Shown here: positions 35,761 to 48,455 of the stretch, piece after piece
Position numbering within the stretch: the first letter of the stretch is position 1
Layout of the letters: every line of letters starts with the position of its first letter
Source of the DNA: Camelus ferus
Taxonomy: Eukaryota
Reading direction: 5' to 3'
DNA: 64,000 nt
Assembly (NCBI RefSeq): GCF_009834535.1
Contig: NC_045697.1
Span: 16,494,001 to 16,558,000, forward strand
Notes under the pieces: model-generated
Database searches by the model: none
What the model was told of the DNA's origin: nothing
The model's input: only the letters and a program-made list of their open reading frames with translations
Translations under genes and position numbers: made by a program

Positions 35761-37469
35761 CCTCTTTCTCTAACTTAAACCCCCTCAAGACCCTCCAAAC
35801 CCTCAAATCCATTTAGCTATTCAGGATGCTCCTACCAGTCCAGTGAGAACTCACCCACGTGGCACTGTGTTCAGTGGTGGATCCACTGTGTCCAGAGCTG
35901 CCTCCACTTTCTCATCCCCGCTCGCGACTTACTCACTGTATAATCCAGACCTTCAGTGAGCTCTTCAATCTATTCACCCATCAGAGCTTCAGTTTCTTCG
36001 TCTGTTGGATGAGACTGACCCACCCTCTGTCTACCTTACTCACATGCTCACTATAAGAAACAAATGGGTAAATAATAATTCAGTTGGCACTGTATACTCT
36101 GACATGCCTTCAATTTTAAGTTTTTCACCACGACCACTATTATTTCTTAAGGCTTCACTAGGGAAGAAATCTCATTTTAATTATTCACAGTAAGACATTA
36201 ATGATAAAGAGGAAGTGACTGACCCCTGCTAGGTAACACTGGTTTATTTTAATAGAGGCCTTTAGTGCCTTAATCCAAAACTGGAAATATTAGTGAAAGT
36301 CCATAGCAGAAGAAAGAACATGGAGGAGATTTATTTGGACGAGGGACTCCTAAAATTACCTTCCATGTGTTTTGCCTTTAAACAAGGATCGTCCATCCTG
36401 GCACAGTTTATATTTCTGCACAGTACTCAGAGGTGATCTTGCTAGAGAAATTGTAACAACAACAAAAGAGGTTGAGCATCTGATCACCAAACAGCCAGTG
36501 TTCCATTTTCCTCCCTCCTATCTCTGCTCCCAGTGCTGAAAAGCTTTCCTTGTATTACAACCTCAATTTAAACTTTTTTCCCCTGTGGCTAAGAAGAATT
36601 TTTTGCTGCAAGTGTTAATTGTCCTGACGAGGATGCCTGTCCTCTTAATTTGAACAGCGGCTGTGCTAAATGATGCAAAATATACACAGATCTATAGTTA
36701 TGACCCAACAGGAAATGCTATTATGGAAAGGTCTTCTGCTTTTCATATAAAAATCCCCACTAACTGTTTAGGTAGTGAAAAAGTAAGCCCAATATAAATA
36801 CAAAATCCAAGTGCCAAAAAGCTAATAGAATGATAAGAAGATCCTGGCACTGATTTTCAATGCTTGCAATGACGTGCTGAAATATGCCAAGTCATGTTCA
36901 GGAAGAACATTAGGCTGTTCCTATAAATGGGACCTAAGGATCAGCTAAAGCAATAGAGTCTAATTACTATTATTAATAATAGCAAGAGTATATTAATCTC
37001 TCCTATCAGCATGCAGGTTTAATATTGACCTTTTCTTTCAAAGACAGCTCTAATGCTATTATTTACTATGCCAGGCATTTTATTCTGCAGTACTAGTCAC
37101 AAAATGATTAACACAATGATGTCCCATGCCACACTATCAAAATTCTTTTGAATTCCATTGGACAAAAGGATGGTCATGCCCTTCAGCTGAAGAGCATCAG
37201 TGTCAACTCATAAAAAAGTAAAGTAGAGAATAAACACCCACCTAGCTAAGATGATCAGCTGAATGATGATCAGTGAGGTAGACGAGATCTCACATTTACC
37301 CATCTGTCTGTCTATCCATACATCCATCCATTCATCCATCTAACTTTCTTTGTTCTCCACCACCATCACCACCAGCATGCGGGAAGAACACCCACTGATA
37401 GTAGAAGCAGGATTCCCAAGGGAGGTCAGGTGTGGCAAAGATAGTTTAGAACCAATATATCCCAGGCGT

Positions 37470-37775
37470 TCTAATACATTTCTCATAGTGGGACAGTAAG
37501 GCTTGTGTATGCCAATGAACTGTGAGAGAAGGTGATATTGGTCACTTCAAGGGCAAGGCAATTAAGTGTTGGTATGTATCCCTTACCTCTCTCTTTTCCT
37601 GTTAGAATGATTTTGGAGGCCATGTGTTGCAAATGACGTATCCACAAGGTAGATGAAGACCACCTGGCCCACATCAGCTTCGAATAAAGAAAGAGGGAGA
37701 CCCTTCTGGTGTATGAAGCATGGGATTGTGAGGCTTTGTCTGTTAAAGCAGCTAGTGTTGCTTTTCCTGATACAT
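37470..37775 (+). mobile_element. Old MLT1 (MaLR) LTR
   Basis: ggtcacttcaagggcaaggcaattaag; tggaggccatgtgttg; end tgttaaagcagctag...cctgataca. Confidence 0.6.
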
Positions 37776-38019
37776 AAGATCAAAGATCCATTGTCATAGC
37801 AAGTTCAGTGACTCTCAGCAAGTCTTTCAGCATCTTGAGGTCTATTTTTTTCCACAGGTAAAACAAGGACTACCCTTATCTTATCTCTAGCATTCTAGAG
37901 TTTGCAATAAGTTTCTTGAGTACATTGTGGGGAGAAGGCATTTAATTATTGGATTTAGTCTATAGCCTTCTTTTACTCTACAGACAGAATATATTGCCCC
38001 ATCATTAATATTCTTACAG

Positions 38020-38230
38020 CTTTTATGCATAACTCTTCTGTAGTATTTACCCCACTGTATTGTAAGTACTTATTTATGCATCTCTTTGGTTTTTTTGTTT
38101 GTTTGTTTGTTTGTTTTTTTGCATGGGACTGTGAGCTCTTCCAGGGACAGGAACTGTCTTTTTGATCACTTTATCACTGGGACCTGAGAGAATGCTTAGC
38201 AATCAATATTTTTCATTGTTGTTGAAATAT
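38020..38230 (+). mobile_element. L2 LINE 3' end
   Basis: gactgtgagctcttccagggacaggaactgtctt. Confidence 0.7.
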
Positions 38231-40774
38231 AATTATGATTCTTGGAAAGAAAGCTTGCAATAGCTTATCTGTCTCTTTCCTGCCACCACTAGGGACAAAT
38301 TGCCATATAGGATACATAAGGAGTTTTAGAGAATGGAAGTGCATACAAAGGAGGGACAGAGGATGAGAGAGAGCATGAAGAATGGAAAAGGAATTGAGAA
38401 GACTAGGGAAGAGAACAGAAATAACGTATTGATGTCAAAGGGGACGCAGAGAAAGCATGAGCGAGTTAAGCCAGATGACAGGGTGAAAAGTCCGGGTCAG
38501 AGCACAAAGGCCATCTCTAGCAGACACCTAATCATTTCTGAAGGAGAAAATAAAATGTGACTGAGAATTAGGAATTTCTGAGCTGGAATGATCATCCACC
38601 CCATCTCTTTTCCTTTCAAGCAGGGACATGCCATTGCTGGGACTGAGAGGGAATGACAATTTGAGATCTGATGGCAGGGCCTCAAATCTCCAGATGTCTG
38701 GGGCCAAGAAATACAAGGCAGGGTGAATTGGTCAGGATGCTGGTGACAGTTTCAAACTTGTTTGACAAGTAGAACAAGACAGGATGATATGCCTAGATGC
38801 CAAATGGAGTACCAAGCCTCTGGTATTGTCTCAACTAATATAATCAGGGAGGGAAAACAGTCCATGCTCTCTGTTGCTGAAAATGTCTGACCCAAAGTGG
38901 GAATCTCAACAAAGCAACCGCTGGTCCTCAGCATGTCACCAGGGTCCTCAGAAGACCATTTATTGTAACAATGGTGAGCAACTGGTCTTTGCCTGATTGT
39001 TTTCCACCACTAAAGCAGGGAGCCTCAGTTTTTCCACGTGGAAGAGTCTTTCCTGTCTCTGAAACTGGTTCTTGACATACCGTTGCCAATTTGCAGCAAG
39101 TGACAAAGCTAGGACGACAACACTGGATAACAGCCATCTGCCTGACCCTTCATCAGATCCCACCCAGACTGGGGCTCCAGCAAGCCAGGCCTAGGTGCCA
39201 GCTACACAGAACTTCATTCAGGCTGGGGATTCAATTGCAAGGTGCCAGAAAACAAACAAAAACAAAAAAATTTCCAAAGTAGATTAGAGGCAGAGCGTTT
39301 AGGGAGCGCTGAGAGTCCAGTGTAAGCCTGGAACTTCGAAGGCGGCAGCAAAGGCAAAATAAAGAAATAGAGTCAAAGATCAAGACACAAGTGGCATTGG
39401 AATAAACGAAAGGAGGTGAAGAGTAAGGAAGAGTAAGATGTTTCTATGCCAATATTTTCCAGAATAGAAAAGTAGACTTCCCAGCGTTCTGCCTTTACGC
39501 CCTGCTTCAGGGATCGTCCACCCGGTGGTCTGTCTACTAGACGTTTCCCTACCAGTTCAAATACATGCTGCCCTGTCTTAGGACTTGAGCTGCAAAACCA
39601 TGCCCCTCAATAGTTCTGTTTCTAAATTCCATCTTTAGATTCGATCTAGGACACCTGCTCCCTCAGCTTCACTGATGTGTTGAGCTTGCTATGTTTGTTT
39701 ATTTATGAGGAGGTCTCTTAGAGACTAGGATCCCACTTTTGGGTTTTGCAAACCCAGTGGCTTGACTCTTTCAGCCCCCTCGTGAGTCATCCCGCAGGGA
39801 CTGTCCACCTGGCGGTCTCTCTGCTAGATGTCTCTTCTTTCCATACCTGTCTCTCTCATGTTGTCTCTGCATTACCTTCCTGGACCTCCTAACCCTCTCC
39901 ATTTCCTCCAGGACCACTGTGCTTCTAGGTCCAGAAACTCTCCCTTGAACGCCACTAGGTCAGAGTGTGTCCTGTCCCCAGGCACTGACTCTTTGATTTC
40001 TCGGATTCTAGCCGAGTTCCACTTCCAATTCTGATTGCTGCAGTCAATTAAGGTTACTAGTTGTGCAGCATTAACATATGCGGTATCCAACCAGTCTAAC
40101 TAATCTGTCAGTCGATCTTCCTGCTTTCTCCATGGTGTTAAATACAATTTGCATTTCTTTAAACAACATTGCTACTTTAATCACTTTATTTTTATTTGGT
40201 AAGAAACAGCTCCAGTCACCCGTTCCTCAATTTCTCTTCTTGTCTCAGAACTGGGGAGCATGTCTCGCTGAGGAAAATGATACAGTGATGACTGGATTGC
40301 ATCAATCATGATTTATTCTGGGGTAGAAGTCTAAATCTGTGCAATCAAAGGCTCTTCGGGTACTATCTGAACAAATTGGAGTTTGCTGGCAGGAAAGAAA
40401 AGGGAAATGACTGTTGAATATGTAATGGGCTTTGTCTGTCACATATTTAATTTATAACAACATCATCAAATTAATTGAAAAAAGAAAGTTCTGAAAATAC
40501 GAACTGTCCAGCAATCTAATGGAGTCCTGAGTTCTTGCTCTGGAAACGTCCAAACAGAAGTCAGTTGACCACATGAAAGTATAGTATAAATGGGAAGCTG
40601 AGATAGAGCTTAATTTTCCTGCCCCACATACGAGATAAAGATGCTAAGCATTTGGGGAAAATCATGAAAACACTGGACTTGAGAGCAATGGGAAAGAGGG
40701 AAACTTTCAGAAGCAAACTTGGTTCATTTCAAAACTTTGCTAGGACCTGTCAAGATATGGCCCTGTTGACTCTG

Positions 40775-41224
40775 TCATAGAATGTGGTTTCCTCTGGTTT
40801 CCCTTCTTGCATTCCTCCGGGAACCACGAAGTTTTAACTCTGGCTATGGCTGCCTAACTGAAGACTACAGTTCCCAACTTCCTTTGTAGCTAGTGTGACC
40901 CTGCTGAGCTTTCTATAAGGGAATGTGTTCATCTTCCTAGGAGTGGCCTTAAAGTCCACAAATTTGCTGTCCTTCAGCTCTTCACCCTCCCTCTTCTTGC
41001 CTGAAATGTGGACGTGGTGGGAAATAATCTTGGATGGTGTCAGTGAAGGCAAAATACAGAGCAACCAAACAGAAAGGGTTTTGTTCCCCAAGACTATCGG
41101 GCCACTGAGTAAGTCTGTGCTGCTTATGCTGAGATTGATACGTGAAAGGGATAAAGGCTTCTTTCTTGTTGAAGCCACCGTTATTTTTGTCTCTGATACA
41201 CTGGACAGATCTTTATCCTAACAA
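40775..41224 (+). mobile_element. Old MLT1 (MaLR) LTR
   Basis: ttcccaacttcctttgtagctagtgtgacc; end ttcttgttgaagccaccgttatttttgtctctg...cctaaca. Confidence 0.65.
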
Positions 41225-42032
41225 AACCATGGCTCTTCTTCATTTCATGCAGTAGTCTTTGAAAACTTTTGCCAGGTCTCTACTTTAAACACAATCCCAA
41301 TCTTCTCTTGCTCACTCTCTGTAAATCTTACTTTTTGCTGACAACTCTGGCAATTAAGAGGAATTTTCTGAAATTTTTTAACCCTCCAATCCACAAATCT
41401 ATCTGTATCTTTATCTATTTTGATTCAGACCCTCCTGACATCACAGAACAAGGGGCACAGAGCAAACTTTCTCAAGGAAATTACTCTTTTCTTTAATGTA
41501 ATGTTAACATTAATCTATTTGTTGTTATACTGCACTGACATTAATATATATTCAAGTTCTCCAACTCTGTGTGTGTGTGTGTGTGTGTGTGCATGCGTAG
41601 ATGGAAGGCAGGGACAGAAGTGAGAAGAAAGCAGCTTAAGAAAGTGAAGTGCATTGTTCATCTCAGACTTTGTGATTTTCATCCTAAATATCTAGGAAAA
41701 TACAGAAAGAGATGAGAGTGCATAATAAACCAAGAAACTAAGATTGACAACTAATCTACTGCCAAAATCTTAGAGGAATTTCCTCTAATTATAATATTCA
41801 TGGAGTGGAAAAGAGAAACACAATTGTCAGGTGACATTAATATATACCTTGTCACTTGCAGGAGATCAAAAATGCCAACGTGAAGGACAATGCGGAGGCG
41901 CATCAACACACTTGCCTGGGCCTTGGCTCAGAAAAGCAGAATCTGCGACAGCCACCAACCACAAGTACATTGTTGGGCCACAGCCACAGCCCTAGCAAGC
42001 AGAATATGAAACATGGATTCTAAAGCAGCTCT

Positions 42033-42046
42033 GTGTGTGTGTGTGT

Positions 42047-42082
<36 letters not shown>
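42033..42082. repeat. Interrupted (TG)n microsatellite; a shorter (TG)n lies at ~41567-41591
   Basis: Direct observation. Confidence 0.95.
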
Positions 42083-42084
<2 letters not shown>

Positions 42085-42369
42085 TCTACACCAGATTCCA
42101 GATTCCCCCGTTTGGACAACTAAATATTTTCAGGGATTACAGTTTTCAGGAATTCTACACACTCATAAACAGAGAAGTAAAGCTGCGGCAAATTTTCATC
42201 TTCGAATATAACATGAAAAGAAAAAAAAGATGTTAGTGGAACACCAAGTTTTGCCTTTTTTTGGTTTCAGGAAATGGAAGAACTCCTCACTCCTTTCAGA
42301 CACCCATAAATAAGTGTCCCTCCTAGTAATAATAATAGCAAACATTTATCAGATTCTAAAAACAGAGCA

Positions 42370-42690
42370 CAGGAAACCAGACTGTCTGGATTCTAATGCC
42401 ACTTCTACATTTTACAAGCTACATGACCTTGGCCAAATTATTTAATTTGTTGCTACCTCAATTTCTTCACCTACAAGAGTATAAAATAATTGGGAAAATT
42501 CTGTGGGTTATTTTGGAAGTACTTCAGTCCAGTATGTGTTTGATACCAGTTTCAATCCTCGTATGATGCAATAAGGTCGGTGCTATTATAGTGACCATTT
42601 CACGGATAGAGAAAAGTAGGTCTTGTAGAAGTTAAATGACTCTTCTAATCATTGGTAGACCCAGAATTTGAATGCACCATTTTACTGTAT
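42370..42690. mobile_element. Two adjacent MIR SINEs in opposite orientation
   Basis: Plus: agactgtctggattctaat...tgaccttggccaaattatttaa. Minus: ccatttcacggatagagaaa...gttaaatgact...cccagaatttgaa. Confidence 0.7.
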
Positions 42691-43009
42691 ACATCTAATA
42701 TCCTAATTACTACAATATGTTGCATCCTCACAGCAAGTCAAGGATACCTCAAGAATACATGTTGAAAGCCTCAATACCGCCATTGACCGCTAGACACCAT
42801 AAATTTGGCATTGAGCCGTGAAAAACAGCCAGCCTTTTGCTCAAGATCCGGGAAGAGGGCTTCAACAGTAATGTGAGGCAGAGTGGAAGAAAATGATAGT
42901 CCTCCATCAACCATCGATAGATACTGCTTTGTTTAAAGATGGCAACACTGAAAACAGAAAAATAAATGGGTCCAGTGAAAATATTGTGCACATTTAAAGG
43001 AAGAAAGAG

Positions 43010-43530
43010 CAATCAAGAATGCAGATAAAAAAAAAAAGCTGAAAAATTCACTAAAGAAAACAGAAACTGCAGAAACTGTCTGCTTTGTAATCTTCATAGA
43101 AATGAAAACTACAGTCTGAATAATGAGATGAAAGATGAGATTATACGAAAATAAGTTGAGATAAGAAGGGAGTTGGCTGAGAGGCAGGTAGAAATAAAAG
43201 GCAGGAGTTTGACATGATAAAGAAAGATTATAAGGAGATTAAAAATGCAATAATAGAATAGAAATTTGCATTCAAAGCAATAAAGAGCAGAATTAACACT
43301 ATAGAATTAGTGATAAGTTTAAATCAGACTCTGCAAAAAAATTTCAGAGTGAAGAGGAAAAACTCAAAGGTGCAGACACTTACGGTAAGGATGGAGAGCA
43401 AAGAAAGGGAGGTCAGATGTGGGCATTTCTAGAAGCACACCTGACAACAGAAGCAATTACTAAAGCTATTTTTGAATAAACGTATATAACATATATATTC
43501 AATGAGTTTACAGATCAGAAAGGATTACTT
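43010..43530 (+). mobile_element. Ancient L1/HAL1 ORF1-like remnant
   Basis: A-rich, with agcagaattaacact...aattagtga and gagtttacagatcagaaagg. Confidence 0.5.
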
Positions 43531-46208
43531 ACTACATGTGCTATATACGGCTGACATCTTGTTTTGAATGTATTTATAGTCAATGTTACTGCTTAATATG
43601 GTATAATGTGCACATTGAGGAAAAACGAAAGAATGCAGATAAATAGAATATTTTTAAAGTTGCCTACACCCCTTGTATGTAAATATTACTAACTCTATGC
43701 TGTGTGTTATTTCAGACGATACATGAACATTAATTACATCATACATGCAAAACATACATGATGTTTTATAACATACCTGTGTCTATCTGTGCTATGTATT
43801 TCTCCTCAAAAGCAACATATTTTTGTCAATAAGAAAAATACATTAAAGATTGAAGCAATGCATAAAATTATGAATAAAAAATTTAAATAATTCCATCTTT
43901 GAGAAATAAACTTTCATCATTTTGAAAACGTTTTTCCAGGTATTGTTTTGTGCAAATAGAAATCTGTAACTATAGATGAGCCATGAACCCGACCAAAGGT
44001 AAACCTGGAGATACAGGTAAAAACAGAGAAATCTTTACATAAGTTAATCATACAGCCAATGCTATATTGATATCTACTTTCTCATTTATTGATGCATTGG
44101 ATTTATTTCTAAGTCAATTCATAGAGATATTTTATCATGTTGACTCTGTCAGATTACCTTGCAATGCTATGCCATGCCTTTTTTTTTTTAATGCATTGAC
44201 TATTGATGAGCACTTAGATGGGTTTAAATCTCTCTGTGGTTTAGTTTTCTCATCTGTATAATGGGGATAATCAGATTACATTAAGGATAAGTGGAGTTAA
44301 TAAATGTGCAGAATTTAGAAAAATGCTTAGTACCTTAGTAAGAACTGTATAAGTATATGATATTACTTTAATTAATACTATATTTAGAATATACATTTTT
44401 TTCAACCATAAATATAACAATGAAGAAGAAAAATCTTTATGTATACATTTTTATAAATTAGTTCAATTTTATTCTAAACAGTGTCAGAACCAAGTTTAAG
44501 TGCTGAGTTTGTCCCAGGGTCTTTATTATACTTTTTATTCTTGGAAATGAAATTTTTCTTCATTTTGTTTTCTAGTTGGCTACTATTTGATATGTAAATA
44601 ATCTGTTGAACTTATGTTTAATTTTGTAATCAGTCTCTTTACTTTTATTAATAGAATTTCCTGATTTCTTATTTATAAGTTTTCATTTGATTATATTTAC
44701 TTATTTCATTAAGCATAATCCTTTTATTGTTTTAGTAATATATCTGCACACTAGTCATAAAAAAAAGAATAAAAGAATAAATTACTCCCAAATAATCTTG
44801 CTTTCCAGAAATAATCAATATTTTGTGAGATCTCCATACATCTAAGAGCTCATATTTTTTAACCCATTGAAAACAGACATAATACAGGCAGATAGATACA
44901 TACACATTGAGACATGCTAATATACTGGTATTAAGTTTAAAAGGACTTAATTTAATTTTCCCTGAATATTAAAGACAATGTAGTCAATCTAAAGGAATTA
45001 AAATATCTTACTTAAAATGTTCTTTATTTGGTTTTTAAATTATGAGATATTGAATGCTTTAAATTCCTCTAGGAAAGAAACATTGAAAATATTAAGAAAC
45101 CAAGGCAAAATGAATTTAGGCTCATGTTCGATGCAGACAATTTTGAACAATTCCTTGTTATCAAATATGAACTAGACTCACACATTTCCTCACACTTTAT
45201 CCCTCCCTTAATTATCCCCTTTGAAGTACATATTGTATTACAAATCTTCTACAACTTGTATTCTGCTCTGTAACCATACTTATCCCAGTCACTTAGTCTC
45301 ATTTCTACATTTAAATAGATTTAATAATTTTATGGACACTTGCCCCACTTTTGGACTCATATTTTAATCTGCATTTTGGTTAGCATTTAGCATATTTTTT
45401 CAAAGGAGAGATTATGAATTCTATTTTGTCTGAGTTTTCTAAAATTTGTATTTCTTTTGTCCTGTATGTCTACTGTCTTGTCTTCTTGAGCATATCTTGG
45501 CTGGGTATGACAATTTTAGGTAATGCTTTCTTTTTCTTAGAATTTTGCATATTTTACTATAGTTTTCTGAGAAGACTGAGGCTGAAATGGGGTTTTTACC
45601 CTAGAAAGTAGACTTGGTGTTTCTATGTGGCTACCTGAAGGAATCCTTCTTTGTAATTAAAAATTAGTATTAAATCAAGATAGAGGTAGATGTGTATTCC
45701 TGTTTTAACTCTCCCAATGCATGATGTGCATTTTTATCTCTCCATATACATTTGAGAATGTACTTACTGTGAGACCATGGGGAATTTATAACATTAAGTC
45801 ATCCTGTTGATGGAATATTGTTTATCTCCATAGTAGACTTAAGAATTCTTTGTTATTTCCTAGATTCAGAATAGTATTTGTTGATACATGAATTGCATCT
45901 ACTTTTTAGAGTACTGCAAATTGATCTTTAGACTACTTCAAATTGTACTTTTGTATCATAAGCTTATTAAATTTTCTCATTTGATACAGTTGTTTGCTAC
46001 TTCTATTATTTCTATGTAGATGAGCATATCTTCTACAATTAATGATAGTTTTAGATCCTTCCTTTCAGTCCCTGTACCCGTTATTTCTTTTTATTTTCTA
46101 AGAACTTTCCCAGGACCTCCTGCTCTATGTTTTTAAAAAATGTAATAGTGAGCTTTGTTGCCTTGTAGAGAATAAATTTAAATTTCTCTGTTACATATGT
46201 TTACCAAA

Positions 46209-46894
46209 TGTAGTGGATACTATGGTGTCCTGGTCAGATCCTCTCCTTCAAGACTGGAACCCATTCCCCCAGCTGCTGGCATATCAACAGCTTTCATCCA
46301 AGTCCCTCCAACACTTGACCTTGGCTGACGAGACTCACCTTGTACAAGCTCATGGCCCTTTCCTAGGGACATCCTACAGCTAATGATGGGGAGATTTGGT
46401 TGTATACAATTATGACCCTCTTGCTTCTTTTGTGTGTGTGTGTGTGTTAATTTTTTTTTTTTTTTTGAGTTATAGTCAGTTTATAATGTTTTGTCAATTT
46501 CTGGTGTACAGCACAGTTTTTCAGTCATACATGAATGTACATATATTCATTTTTATATTCTTTTTCACCATGATATTACAGGATCTTGAATATATTTCCC
46601 TGTGCTATACAGTATAAACTTGTTTATCTATTCTATATATATACATCTGTCAGTATCTACAAATATGGCCCTCTTGTTTCAAATGAGTTTAACTCTGAAT
46701 GGCCAAGCCCACACTCCTTACAGGATTAGATAAGGTCTTTGTTACAATTTCACAGCAGTTGATCTTCTCTTGTCCAATATTGCTCCCTGAACTCTCCCTA
46801 ATCCCCAGTATTGTTTGTGAGAGCACTCCTCGATAAACTTTCTACATGAAGATGTCTGTCTCAGAGTCTGCTTCCCATTCATAACACTAAGATA
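46209..46894 (+). mobile_element. LTR16-type ERVL solo LTR, interrupted by L1
   Basis: Start tgtagtggatactatggtg; cattcccccagctgctgg; end gagagcactcctcgataaac...tctcagagtctgcttccc. Confidence 0.8.
46428..46663 (-). mobile_element. Short young L1 3' end with TSD
   Basis: tttgagttatagtcagtttataatg...ttccctgtgctatacagta. 17-bp TSD tatgaccctcttgcttc / tatggccctcttgtttc (46411-46427, 46664-46680). Confidence 0.9.
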
Positions 46895-47297
46895 GACAGG
46901 GTCCTTAAATTTTCAGTGTATCAAGAATCTTTAAATCATGAATGCATGTTAAAATCTATTAAATATCTTTCTCCATCTATTTAGATAATCACTTCACTTT
47001 TCTCCTACATTAATGTAATATATCACCGTATTTGTAGACTTTCCAGTATTAAGCCAATCTTGCATTCCAAGGATAAACCTAACTTAGGGATCATACCAGA
47101 TTTTATAAAACTTATTGAATTTATTTTTATATAACACAATATATAATAATATAATATACATACGTATGATTATTAGATTTTTTTAATCTACATTCATAAG
47201 TAAAGTGAGCTTATTACTTCCTTTTCTTGTACTGTCTTTAATTTGTAACAAAATTACACAAGCTTTGTTAAATTAGCTGTAAGTTTTGGCTATAATA

Positions 47298-47660
47298 TTA
47301 ATCAGAATAGATGAGGCTAAACCATAACATAAAATAAACCCATAATACCAATGTTTTAAATATGGCATTTTGTTTCTTTCTTATGCAAATGAATGAGAAA
47401 TAAGCAATGTTATCAACATGTCTTTATTGGAATTGTGTTCCATGTAGTGAGACTCAGTGACCCAATGTACTTTGATTTTGCTGCTCTGCCAACTACAGGT
47501 GAGGCTTTTCCACTGCCAAGTCTGAAAGTGACAAGTGTCACTTCTGTTCACAGTTTATTGGCCAGAACTGGTCATATGATCCCATCTAATCATAATAAGG
47601 ACTAGAAAACAATGACTCCTGTGCCTAGAAAAGACAGAACTGTATGTTAATGAGAACTAT
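47298..47660 (-). mobile_element. Old MLT1 (MaLR) LTR
   Basis: aagtgacaagtgtcacttctgttcacagtttattggccagaactggtcatatg. Confidence 0.7.
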
Positions 47661-47959
47661 TTTTTTTTCTATTTTTTGTAACAACTTACAGAAATTTTTT
47701 GTATTGTTTGCAAAATAAATGGGAGATGATGGGTGCCTGGTTACCATTTTAACTGGAAGTACATTATAAACTAAAAATCTAAAGGTTTGAAGATAATATG
47801 TGGCTATAATGCTTTGATTGATGAAGAAGAGATAGGGAGATACAGAGAGGAGAAGAGAAAAAAAAAAGAAGGAGGAGGAGGAAGTGTCGAAGTGAGGAGA
47901 GGGAAAAACAGAGGAAAAATAGAGGATGCAAAGGGGTTAAGAGTAAGTTTCAGTTCCTT

Positions 47960-48455
47960 GGTCATTGTCTGGATTTACCTCCTACAAACATACAACTTAG
48001 ATCAAGTTATTTGACTTCAGTTTGTCTTAGTTTCTTCATTTGAAGAGTGGAAATGGTATTAATAGTGAGTGTCCCCCTTGTGAGGTTATTTTGAAATATA
48101 AATGAGTTAGTATGTGTAACACATCACTTAGAATTGCACCCAGGATATAATTAACACTAAATTTATAAACTTTTGTTACAAAGAGAGAGAAACTAGACAT
48201 ACACATGCAGAAGAAGTAGAAGCCTTGGCTTGTAGAATTATGTTTCCTCGTTAAGAATTCAGACTCTGAGCCAGACTGCCTGGGTTGAAATCCTACTTTT
48301 GCCTCTTAGAGGCTTTCTGTCTGTCATGGAACAGGTTATTTAATCTTCCTGTGTTTCAGTTTTCACAACTGTCGATTGGGACAAATACCTTAGAGTCACC
48401 TGAGCTAATGAATATTAAGTGTTGAACGCAGTGCTAGGCTCATTGTAAAAGCTAT
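47960..48455 (+). mobile_element. Two MIR SINEs (~47960-48170, ~48245-48455)
   Basis: ttagtttcttcatttgaagagtgg; agactctgagccagactgcctgggttgaaatcct. Confidence 0.8.

Larger units (their letters stand above)
43850..47290 (-). mobile_element. Degraded L1ME-type remnants with nested MIR (~44215-44365) and LTR
   Basis: Antisense ORF2 phrases: catatcttctacaattaatgatagtttt; ttaagccaatcttgcattccaaggataaacctaactt. Confidence 0.6.
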
